From an uncultured Halomonas sp. (GTDB lineage: Bacteria; Pseudomonadota; Gammaproteobacteria; Xanthomonadales; Wenzhouxiangellaceae): a stretch of 64,000 nucleotides of DNA. The stretch is taken from the NCBI GenBank assembly GCA_964453565.1, contig CAYVPB010000008.1, positions 614 to 64,613 on the forward strand. Reading direction: 5' to 3'. Below the pieces are notes generated by a model. It saw nothing but the letters and a program-made list of their open reading frames with translations. It was not told the origin of the DNA and searched no databases. Shown here one piece after another: positions 21,222 to 29,607 of this stretch. Position 1 is the first letter of the stretch, and each line of letters opens with the position of its first letter. The translations under genes were made by a program, and so were the position numbers.

Positions 21222-21290
21222 GACGCGCCCGCGTCTTGAGGCTCGTGGCGGCGCTTCGCCACGGCTCGCGATGCTCATGTACACAAAACG

Positions 21291-21456
21291 TGTACTGCGC
21301 TCGCTCTGCCGCGGCTCATCACCGCCCTGAACCGCAAGCCGCTAATGCACTTGCTCATTGCCCATGGCAAGATCGACAAGAACCCCGGCTTCGGCCGGGG
21401 TTTTTGTTGGGGCGCACTGCGCTTGCTCGCTCAAGGCTCATCACCGCCCTGAACCG
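21291..21456. repeat. two direct copies of a ~42-bp element flanking the groEL terminator
   Basis: ACTGCGCT(C/T)GCTC...GGCTCATCACCGCCCTGAACCG. The 22-bp core is identical at 21313..21334 and 21435..21456. Confidence 0.7.
21383..21405 (+). terminator. rho-independent terminator of groESL
   Basis: CCCCGGC-TTCG-GCCGGGG followed by TTTTT, about 160 nt after the groEL stop. Confidence 0.8.
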
Positions 21457-21831
21457 GAATCTGCCTCGCCCGCTTGGGGACGATTTTCAGACCCGGTTGC
21501 CGGTGCAGGTATTTTTGGGGGCCGGCGGCGGGCGGCGTTGCCTGCTGGCGAGTCGTGGGTCGACCGGCGTTGCGCTTGAAGCAGGCTTCAAGGGAGCTCT
21601 GGTGCCAGTCGAATAGGTTCAGGGGCATCAGAAGTTGAACACCTTCCTGAAACGCAACAGACGCGGATGGATGCTGAAAGCTCGTCTTTTGATCCGCGAC
21701 CCCCGAATCGCCATCAGGCCGATCGCCCCGGCCGGCCCGAAGCGGCCGGCATCACCGGACGCTCCAAGCCATCTACCGGCGGTTCCTTCTTTGCTACTGA
21801 ACTTGTACATGCTCCTGGCGGGCGCGGGATA

Positions 21832-22866
21832 ATGGGGAAATCAATCCAGCAGGGGATTTCCTTGACGGCGTTCGAAGCATTGCCCTGGACAGATAATCAT
21901 GACGGTCAGCCCCGGCAGGTCGGGGTGGAGATGGAAATGGCCGGGGTCGAGGTGGATGTCATGGCCGAGGCGGTCATGGCCGAGGTTGGCGGGCATTGGG
22001 ATCAGGAAAGTGCGTTCTCCGGCCACGTGCGCGATGCCGCGCATGGCGATTACCGAATCGAACTCGATGCCAGCATCCTGACTACGCGCGGCTATCTGGA
22101 CTCGTTGAAAAAACTGGGCATCGAGCTGGAACCCGGTGAACTGCGCGACAATCTGGAGTCGGTGCTGTCGCGTCTGGCCGGCGTGGTGGTGCCGCACGAG
22201 CTGGTCTGTCCGCCATTGCCGGTCAGTGAACTACCGGCCATCGAGTCGATTCGAGCGCGGCTTCACCGGGCCGGAGCGCGCGGTACGCAGTCGTCGGCGC
22301 TTTACGCGTTCGGTCTTCAGTTCAATATTGAAATTCATGAGCGTTCGGCATCGGCGCTACTGGACGTTCTGCGGGCATTCTTCCTGCGTTATCCGGGGAT
22401 TGTCGAACGAGAGGGGATCGATCTTTCGCGCAAGCTCACGCCGTTTGTCCAGCCTTTTCCGGAAGATTACGTCGTTCGCGTGCTGGACCTGGAATACGCC
22501 CCCGACCTCAATGGGTTGATCGATGACTATCTGCGTTTCACCCCGACCCGCAACCGGCCGCTTGATCTGTTGCCGCTTTTTGCCTGGCTCGACGAGCGGC
22601 TTGTGGCCGCCGCGCCGGTCGAGCATCATCTGATCAAGCCCCGACCGACCTGGCACTATCGATTGCCGAATTGCCTGATTGATGATCCCGACTGGTCGTT
22701 GCACGGACCGTGGGCGGAGTGGGTGGCAGTCGAGCGGCTGGCGATCGATTCCGGGCGGCTGCGACGCGTGGCGGCCGACCGGCTGCGGGAATCCAGCGCA
22801 TTCCGGCGCTGGCTGTCGGGCGCGCTGCGGCGTCTTTCCGGCAAATCGGATTCGGCTTCGGATTGA
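21832..22866 (+). CDS. putative amidoligase (Amidoligase_2 / glutamine-synthetase-like COOH-NH2 ligase family)
   Basis: ATG at 21832 (MGKSIQQG). The N-terminal strand QVGVEMEMAGVEVD, the later YRIELDASILT, VVPHELVCPPL and ALYAFGLQFNIE fit my recollection of the PF12224 family. The stop overlaps the next start (TGATG). Confidence 0.65.
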   Translation: MGKSIQQGISLTAFEALPWTDNHDGQPRQVGVEMEMAGVEVDVMAEAVMAEVGGHWDQESAFSGHVRDAAHGDYRIELDASILTTRGYLDSLKKLGIELEPGELRDNLESVLSRLAGVVVPHELVCPPLPVSELPAIESIRARLHRAGARGTQSSALYAFGLQFNIEIHERSASALLDVLRAFFLRYPGIVEREGIDLSRKLTPFVQPFPEDYVVRVLDLEYAPDLNGLIDDYLRFTPTRNRPLDLLPLFAWLDERLVAAAPVEHHLIKPRPTWHYRLPNCLIDDPDWSLHGPWAEWVAVERLAIDSGRLRRVAADRLRESSAFRRWLSGALRRLSGKSDSASD

Positions 22867-23678
22867 TGGGACGGCCGAGGATCGGCATTACCGGCCCCGA
22901 TCGCGGCGGTCTGGCCGCGTGGTGGTTCAGCGCGCGTGCGGTGCGCCGTGCCGGAGGACGCGCGGTGCGTATTCGGCCCGGTCGCCCGCATTCGGGTCGT
23001 GGCCTGTGCGGGCTGATCATCGGCGGCGGCGCCGATGTTACCCCTTCGCTGTATGGTCAGACGCGCAGCCTGCCGCTCAGGGAGCTGACCGACCGCGGGG
23101 TCGCGGACTGGCGACGTTTTCTCGGCATCTTGCTGTTCCCGCTGCTGTGGTTGCTGAGACGCCTGCTAACCAAGAAAAAGGGTGGTCTCGATCCGGCGCG
23201 TGATGCCCTGGAAACAAACCTGATCGAGCATGCCCTGGCCGAAAACAAGCCAATGCTGGGGATTTGTCGCGGCATGCAGTTGATCAACGTCGTGTGCGGC
23301 GGATCGCTGCACCAGTCGCTGGAGGGCTTTTACGACGAGTACCCGCATATCCGCTCGGTTCTGCCGCGCAAGCGCGTGTTGCTGGCTCCGGGTTCCAGGT
23401 TGCAACGGATCCTCGGTTCCGGGGAATGCCGGGTCAATGCCCTGCATCGTCAGGCCATAGACACTGTCGGCGAAGGTCTGGTCGCGGTTGCGCGTGAGCC
23501 CAGCGGGGTAATCCAGGGCTACGAGGCCGAGGACCGTCGCTGGTTGATCGGTGTTCAGTGGCATCCTGAATACCTGCCTCAACGGGCCAGCCAGCACGCG
23601 CTGTTCGCGTCGCTGGTCGAGGCCGCACACGCCGCGCAATCCGGACAGCAATCAATGAGTGGCGGGGTAGACTGGTGA
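22866..23678 (+). CDS. gamma-glutamyl-gamma-aminobutyrate hydrolase-like class I amidotransferase (peptidase C26)
   Basis: MGRPRIGITGPD, GLIIGGGADV, nucleophile MLGICRGMQLINVVCGGSL and His-Glu GVQWHPEY. Confidence 0.8.
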   Translation: MGRPRIGITGPDRGGLAAWWFSARAVRRAGGRAVRIRPGRPHSGRGLCGLIIGGGADVTPSLYGQTRSLPLRELTDRGVADWRRFLGILLFPLLWLLRRLLTKKKGGLDPARDALETNLIEHALAENKPMLGICRGMQLINVVCGGSLHQSLEGFYDEYPHIRSVLPRKRVLLAPGSRLQRILGSGECRVNALHRQAIDTVGEGLVAVAREPSGVIQGYEAEDRRWLIGVQWHPEYLPQRASQHALFASLVEAAHAAQSGQQSMSGGVDW

Positions 23679-23682
23679 GGCT

Positions 23683-26196
23683 ATGACGCCGGAAGATTTT
23701 GCAGCAGATTGCCGTTATGCGGGCGAAGCGCTACGTTGCTGGCGACTGCAGCCCAACTGGCTGGAAGGAGGGCAACCGGCCGATGACGGGCAACTGGCGA
23801 TTGAGCCGAGGCTGCGAAGGTTGCGCCAGCTCGGCGCGCTGCGCGTCCTGTGGCAGGAGGCATCAGGAAAGCACGACGTCGAGGAGACCGGCAAGCAGCT
23901 CTCGGCGCTGGCATGCGAGTGCCTGCGACTCGGGCTGCTGGAAGCCGAGCAGCGAGTGGCCCGGCGGCACGGTGCGCTGTTCGATGAAAATGGCGATCCG
24001 GCGGGGCTTGCCGTTCTGGCCCTGGGCAAGCTTGGCGGCGATGAGCTGAATTTCAATTCCGACCTGGATCTGGTGTTCTGTCACGCGGCCGTCGGCCAAA
24101 GCGACGGCCGTCGGCCGCTGGAGCCGCGCGATTATTTCAGCCGCGTGATCCGGGAACTCTCCTGCCTGTTCGAACAGGTCAGTGCCGAGGGGCGGGTCTG
24201 GGTGCTGGATACGCGGCTCAGGCCGTTCGGCCAGGCCGGAGCGCTGGTCTGGTCGGTCTCGGCAATGGAGCAGTATTTTGTCGCCGAAGGTCGTGCCTGG
24301 GAGCGTTACGCATGGCTCAAGGCTCGATCCGTGGCCGGAGACCTGGTGTGCGGGGAGAGACTGATCGAGAGCCTGCGGCCGTTCGTATTTCGTCGTTATC
24401 TCGACTACGGTCTTTTCGACAGTCTGCGCGAATTGCACGCCGACATCGATCGCCGTTCGCGTCGGGAAGACCTGGCTCAGGATATCAAGCGCGGGCCGGG
24501 TGGCATTCGTGAGCTGGAGTTTCTGATCCAGAGCCAGCAGCTATTGCGTGGTGGGACCGAACCGGCGCTGCGTCGACCCGGATTTCTGCCGGCGTTGCGC
24601 GCGGCCCGCCGCGTGCATCTGCTCGAAGCCCAGGAAGCTCGCGAAATTGATCGTGATTACCGGTTTCTGCGTCGGCTGGAAAACATGCTGCAATGCGTGA
24701 CCGGGCGCCAAACCCATGAGTTGCCCGAGACAGATGCCGCGCGAGCGGCCCTGAAGCGGGTTATGGGCCTGCCGGACCGTGGCGAGCTTGACCGCGTCAT
24801 CGAGCAGACCCGACGTCGTGTACGCGAGCGCTTCCGGGCCCGTTTCGAGGCCCGCTCGGAAAGCGCCGGACCCGGTCAGTCACTGTGGCCACCCGGGCCG
24901 GATCTGCAACAAAAGCTTTTGCAGCAGGGGTTCAGCGACGGCGATGCCGCCGCCCGGCGACTCGAGCGTCTGCAGTCGCGGTTGAAGCGCAGACCTTTGA
25001 CCGCCGAGGCGTGGCGCAGGCTGGATCGACTAATGCCGGAATTGCTCGATCAGGTGCTGCGGCATGATCCGCCCGATACCGGCCTGGACGAGTTGCTGGA
25101 CCTGATCGAAACGATCGCCCGGAGGTCGGCCTACCTGGCCTTGCTGCATGAGCGCCCGGGCACGCTGGATCATTGTGTGCGGGTGTTTCGCCAGTCACGG
25201 CGCGTGGCCAGCTGGATCATCTCCAGCCCGCAACTTCTGGATGATCTGCTGGCCCCCGATGCCGACCAGATTCTGCCACCACCCCCGCGTTTGCCGCGCG
25301 ACGATGCCGAGGCGGCGATGAACGCGCTCGCGCGCTTCCGCCAGGCAGGATTTGTCCATGTCGCGCTGGCTCAACTTAACGGCAGCCTCTACCGGGGCGG
25401 TGCGCGCAGGTGTCTGACCCGGCTTGCTGAGCAGGTGCTGGCACTCATGGCCGAGCACTTCATTTCAGGCGATGCCGAAGTGGCGATCATCGGTTACGGC
25501 AACCTGGGCGCCGGCGAGCTTCACTATACTTCGGACCTGGATCTGGTGTTCCTGCATGGCGAAGGCCAGCCGCCAGTGCGTGCCGTGCGACGACTGATCA
25601 GCGCGATGCAACTGCCGCAGGTGGGCGGCAAGCTTTATGAAATCGATACCCGGCTCAGGCCCAATGGCAACGCCGGCATGCTGGTCTCGTCACTCGACAA
25701 TTTCGCCGACTATCAGACCCGCCACGCCTGGACCTGGGAGCATCAGGCGCTGATTCGCGCGCGTTGCGTGTTCGGCGGCCCGCACATCAGTGCCGGATTC
25801 GAGCAGCTCCGGCGCAAGGTGCTGGCACAGCAACGCGAGAACGGGGAAGTGATCCGGGCACTGGCTGAAATGCGACAGCGTCAACTTCGGCAGCGCCGCG
25901 AGTCCCCCGAAAAGCGGCTGCTGGGGGACATTCAGTTCATTGCAGAACTGGGAGTGCTACTCAACGCAGCGCGCCAGCCGGTTTTACTGGATGCGCGTTC
26001 AACCCTGGAGCAACTGGCCCTGCACGCCGAAAGCGGCTGGTTGTCGGGCGATCAGGCCCAGGCGCTGAGGGACGCTTTCGATCACGCGGCCGAATTGCGC
26101 GATCGACTCTATCTTGAACGCGATCGCGAGGAATCGCTTGATCCAGACGACAAGCAAGCCGTGCAGGTCATATGGCAACGCTGCTTTGAATCCTGA
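23683..26196 (+). CDS. glnE: bifunctional glutamine synthetase adenylyltransferase/adenylyl-removing enzyme
   Basis: Two nucleotidyltransferase modules: LGKLGGDELNFNSDLDLVFCH and YGNLGAGELHYTSDLDLVFLH, each followed by a (V/I)DTRLRP motif. At 837 aa it is shorter than the ~950 aa of E. coli GlnE. Confidence 0.9.
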   Translation: MTPEDFAADCRYAGEALRCWRLQPNWLEGGQPADDGQLAIEPRLRRLRQLGALRVLWQEASGKHDVEETGKQLSALACECLRLGLLEAEQRVARRHGALFDENGDPAGLAVLALGKLGGDELNFNSDLDLVFCHAAVGQSDGRRPLEPRDYFSRVIRELSCLFEQVSAEGRVWVLDTRLRPFGQAGALVWSVSAMEQYFVAEGRAWERYAWLKARSVAGDLVCGERLIESLRPFVFRRYLDYGLFDSLRELHADIDRRSRREDLAQDIKRGPGGIRELEFLIQSQQLLRGGTEPALRRPGFLPALRAARRVHLLEAQEAREIDRDYRFLRRLENMLQCVTGRQTHELPETDAARAALKRVMGLPDRGELDRVIEQTRRRVRERFRARFEARSESAGPGQSLWPPGPDLQQKLLQQGFSDGDAAARRLERLQSRLKRRPLTAEAWRRLDRLMPELLDQVLRHDPPDTGLDELLDLIETIARRSAYLALLHERPGTLDHCVRVFRQSRRVASWIISSPQLLDDLLAPDADQILPPPPRLPRDDAEAAMNALARFRQAGFVHVALAQLNGSLYRGGARRCLTRLAEQVLALMAEHFISGDAEVAIIGYGNLGAGELHYTSDLDLVFLHGEGQPPVRAVRRLISAMQLPQVGGKLYEIDTRLRPNGNAGMLVSSLDNFADYQTRHAWTWEHQALIRARCVFGGPHISAGFEQLRRKVLAQQRENGEVIRALAEMRQRQLRQRRESPEKRLLGDIQFIAELGVLLNAARQPVLLDARSTLEQLALHAESGWLSGDQAQALRDAFDHAAELRDRLYLERDREESLDPDDKQAVQVIWQRCFES

Positions 26197-26289
26197 CAAC
26201 CCGTAATTACGGATAGACCGGCCGGGAGTTTCGTGGGTACCGGCCGGGTACAATAGAATACTGTTACTGTCGCAAATGCCGAGATCGTC

Positions 26290-26496
26290 GTGAACCCCAG
26301 TATTGAATCCACATCCCGGAAACAGCCCGCCAATACCGAGCGCGAGTACAAGGTCAGGCGCGCCGATCTGCCACTGAGCTGCCCGACACCTGAAATGGAA
26401 CTGTGGAATTCTCATCCGCGCGTTTATCTGCCGATCGAGAAGACCGGCAAGGCGCTATGTCCGTATTGCGGAGCCCGCTACGAGCTTGAGGACTGA
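26290..26496 (+). CDS. zinc-finger (zf-CHCC-like) small protein
   Basis: LSCPTPEMELWNSHPRVYLPIEKTGKALCPYCGARYEL gives a C-x..H...C-x2-C arrangement. GTG start, 68 aa. Confidence 0.65.
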   Translation: MNPSIESTSRKQPANTEREYKVRRADLPLSCPTPEMELWNSHPRVYLPIEKTGKALCPYCGARYELED

Positions 26497-28570
26497 AGCC
26501 CCGGACGTGGAGCCGGTCGTGTCCGAGCCGCGTGGGGGGCGTGTGGTCGAGGCTGAGTCGGTCCTGGCACAGGCAGTCCGGCTGATCCTGTTTATGGGTC
26601 TGGCGCTGGGCCTGATCGTGCCGAAGGTGGCCGGCGGTGCATTTCTGCTTTTGGCGCTACTGGCCGTGATCTGGCTGGAAACGGGTGTCTTTCGCCGCAG
26701 TTTTCAACTGGATCGTCACGAACGTCTGATGATTCTGGCCGTGTTGCTATTTGTCGGCTGGTGGCTGTTGGCGTGGGCCATCCACGGGTTCGGCGAAGTC
26801 GGACGCGACGATGCCAGTCGCATCCTGCGACTGTTGCTGATCATTCCTTTGATGATTTTTCTGGCGCGGGTCGATGGACTGGAGCGTGGCTGGTGGAGTG
26901 GGCTGGCCGCGGGCGCGGCGCTGGCCGGACTGTTTGCGCTGTGGTTTTCACTGACCGGGCATCAGGGCGATTGGGCCGAACGCGTAGGAGGGCCGACCAA
27001 TCCGATTCACTTCGGCGGCGTGGTGCTGGCATTTTCATTGATGCTGTTGCCGCGCCTGGCCGATACCAGCATTTCCTGGCAGACGCGCACGCTGGCCGCC
27101 CTGGCCGTGGTGCTGGGCCTGATTGCCAGCGGCTTGTCCGGTTCGCGCGGTGCCTGGCTTGCGCTGCTCCCGTTGTTGGTGTTGTACTGGTTCACGCTGG
27201 GAACCCGTCAGTCCGGTCGCTGGCGACTGGGTCTGCCGCTGGGTATTGTTGTTTTTGCATTTTTGCTGGCCTTGATGCCGGGGGTGCCGATCGGGCCGCG
27301 CCTGGCCGAAGGCGTGGCAGCGATTGCGACCCTGGACGGGGAAATTGCGCGCGACGATACCCTGGCGATCCGGATTGCCTTGTGGCAGATCGGCCTGGAC
27401 GCGTTGTCCGGAAACTGGTGGACCGGCACCGGACCTGGCGGTTTTCGCGCCGCGCTGGAGAATGCGGTCGCAACCGGGACACTGCAGGACTGGTTTCTCG
27501 AATATCAGCATCCGCACAGCCAATATCTTTCAGCGCTGGTAATCGGTGGTTTGCCCGGGTTGTTCAGCCTGCTGCTGTTGTTCGGCGTACCGGCCTGGCG
27601 CTTTGCGAGGTTATGGCACACTGGGTTGGAACGTGCGCGCCTGGTCGGCTGGAGCGGGCTGGTTGCAGTCACGGTGCTCGCGGTCATGGCCTTGACAGAA
27701 TCAATTTTTCAGCGCAACAGCGGGATCGTCTGGTTTGCGCTATTGACTGCCTCGGCGCTTGCTTTGGTGCGCATTCGGCAGCGCCAGGAAATTTCCAGTC
27801 GTCCGGCGCGTCGCCACAGTCTGAGCGTGATCATGATCTGTCGCGACGAAGCCGACCGGATTGAGCCCGCGTTGCGATCCGTGGCTGGCTGGGCCGACGA
27901 AATCATCGTGCTTGACTCCGGCAGCACCGATCGGACTGTTGAGATCTGCCGTCGTTATACCGACAAGGTGGAAGTGACCGACTGGCCCGGCTTCGGCCGC
28001 CAGAAACAGCGCGCGCTTGAGCGGGCACAAGGCGACTGGGTGCTCAGCCTGGATGCCGACGAACAACTCAGCAACGCCCTCAGGGCCGAAATCGACCAGG
28101 TGCTGTCCCGGCCAGATCCCCATTACGCCGGGTATCAACTGCCCTGGCGAACGATCGCGTTCGGTCGTGAACTGCATTTCGGTCACTGGGCACGTGCACC
28201 GCTGCGTCTGGTGCGCCGTGATCGGGCACGCTTTACCGATGTCCAGGTGCATGAAAAGCTGCTCGTGGACGAGGGCCGTGCGCGGCTTGGCCGGCTGGAA
28301 GGAGTGCTGCTGCACCGGGTGTTTCGCAACCTCGAGCACGCGCGGCAAAAGCTGTCCGGCTACGCACGGCTCCAGGCTGCGCAGCGCCATGCCGCGGGTC
28401 GCCGCACCACGCTCATCGGGGCTTGGTTGCGCGCTGCCCTCAATCTGCTCGACAATTTCGTGCTGCGGGTTGCCTTTCTCGACGGCCGCGCTGGTTGGCG
28501 CATGAGCTGGCTGAACGCACGTTATACATTGCTCAAGTATCGGGAGCTGGCGCGGCTTTCGCATTCGTAG
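26486..28570 (+). CDS. fusion protein: O-antigen ligase-like (Wzy_C/WaaL) membrane domain plus family-2 glycosyltransferase (KdtX/WaaE-like)
   Basis: The N-terminal ~440 aa are polytopic with LSGSRGAWLALLPLL and HPHSQYLSALVIGGLPG (WaaL-type Arg and His motifs). The C-terminal ~250 aa have LSVIMICRDEADRIEPALRSVAGWADEIIVLDSGSTDRTVEI and LSLDADE (GT2 DxD). The start (TTG 26486 or a nearby GTG) is uncertain. Confidence 0.75.
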   Translation: MRTEAPDVEPVVSEPRGGRVVEAESVLAQAVRLILFMGLALGLIVPKVAGGAFLLLALLAVIWLETGVFRRSFQLDRHERLMILAVLLFVGWWLLAWAIHGFGEVGRDDASRILRLLLIIPLMIFLARVDGLERGWWSGLAAGAALAGLFALWFSLTGHQGDWAERVGGPTNPIHFGGVVLAFSLMLLPRLADTSISWQTRTLAALAVVLGLIASGLSGSRGAWLALLPLLVLYWFTLGTRQSGRWRLGLPLGIVVFAFLLALMPGVPIGPRLAEGVAAIATLDGEIARDDTLAIRIALWQIGLDALSGNWWTGTGPGGFRAALENAVATGTLQDWFLEYQHPHSQYLSALVIGGLPGLFSLLLLFGVPAWRFARLWHTGLERARLVGWSGLVAVTVLAVMALTESIFQRNSGIVWFALLTASALALVRIRQRQEISSRPARRHSLSVIMICRDEADRIEPALRSVAGWADEIIVLDSGSTDRTVEICRRYTDKVEVTDWPGFGRQKQRALERAQGDWVLSLDADEQLSNALRAEIDQVLSRPDPHYAGYQLPWRTIAFGRELHFGHWARAPLRLVRRDRARFTDVQVHEKLLVDEGRARLGRLEGVLLHRVFRNLEHARQKLSGYARLQAAQRHAAGRRTTLIGAWLRAALNLLDNFVLRVAFLDGRAGWRMSWLNARYTLLKYRELARLSHS

Positions 28571-28658
28571 CTGGCGCGCACACGCGGCGATTCAGGTGAC
28601 CGGGCCGATGGTGGGATCGGAATTGGCCCGGCCATTGTCTCGCGGACGGATTCCGCTC

Positions 28659-29558
28659 CTACGGTCGGGTGGGGTATCGCGGTGGATCGCCTTCCGGCGC
28701 GGTCTTGAAGCGACGGTGCAGCCACCAGTACTGGGCCGGGTTAGGGCGCAGGTGGCGTTCGAGAAATTCATGGTAGCGGGTCAGGTCCACGACCGGATCC
28801 TGCGATGGAAAATTCTCGAAAGCCGGTTCCAGGTGAACCGTGATCCGGCCTGTTTGGGCGTTCTTGACCGGAAGCATCGGCAACACCCGCGCCCGGCCCA
28901 TTCTGGCCAGATCCAGCATGCCGGTCGCGGTCGCGGCCGCGACCCCGAAAAAGGGTATGAAACAGCCGCTTCCCGGACCGGGATCCTGATCCGGGGCATA
29001 CCATAACACCCCGCCGCCTCGCAGGTGGCGAACCATGGCGCGCACATCGCGATGAGCGATCATGCCCTCGGCATATCGTTTTCGGCCCTCGCGCTGGGCT
29101 CTCTCGATGACCGGATTGCGCGCGGGCCTGTAAATGCAATGCCCGGAAACATGCTGGCCCAGCACACGCGCGCCCAGTTCCAGCGCAGTGACATGGGCGG
29201 TCACCAGCAACAGCCCGCGGCCATCGGCGCGGGCCCTTTCAAAATGCTCGACACCAGTTACCCGCCCGATTTCCTCGCCAAGCCGACCTGGATGTCGCCA
29301 TGCGAACGCGGTCTCTCCCACCATCTCGGCGAGATAGCGAAAGTGCGCCTGCTGTATTTCGTGTCGCACCCTGGCATCGATTTCGGGAAAGCAAAGTTCG
29401 AGATTGCGCTGGACAATCCTGGCGCGGCGGCGCATCGCTGCATGCAATGGTCTGGCGAGCCAGCGCGTACCATGGCGTGCGCTGGCCAGCGAGAGCTTGC
29501 CGGTAGCCAGCAGGGGAGCCATCGCGGCGTGTGTGACGAGGTTGCCAATGGAACTCAT
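28659..29558 (-). CDS. lpxL: lipid A biosynthesis lauroyl/myristoyl acyltransferase (LpxL/HtrB family)
   Basis: GLLLVTAHVTALELGARVLG (HX4E), VLWYAPDQDPG and C-terminal PAQYWWLHRRFKT. It is divergent from waaA. Confidence 0.8.
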   Translation of the reverse strand: MSSIGNLVTHAAMAPLLATGKLSLASARHGTRWLARPLHAAMRRRARIVQRNLELCFPEIDARVRHEIQQAHFRYLAEMVGETAFAWRHPGRLGEEIGRVTGVEHFERARADGRGLLLVTAHVTALELGARVLGQHVSGHCIYRPARNPVIERAQREGRKRYAEGMIAHRDVRAMVRHLRGGGVLWYAPDQDPGPGSGCFIPFFGVAAATATGMLDLARMGRARVLPMLPVKNAQTGRITVHLEPAFENFPSQDPVVDLTRYHEFLERHLRPNPAQYWWLHRRFKTAPEGDPPRYPTRP

Positions 29559-29607
29559 GCGGGCCGGCGCGACGGTCCCGGGCGATGAATGGGATATTCT
29601 TGTGGTG

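Noticed and set aside
21236-21616. A 126-aa ORF and overlapping ORFs downstream of groEL.
   Set aside because: They are built from the repeated 42-bp elements and the terminator hairpin. The translation is Ala/Arg/Pro-rich with no start context.
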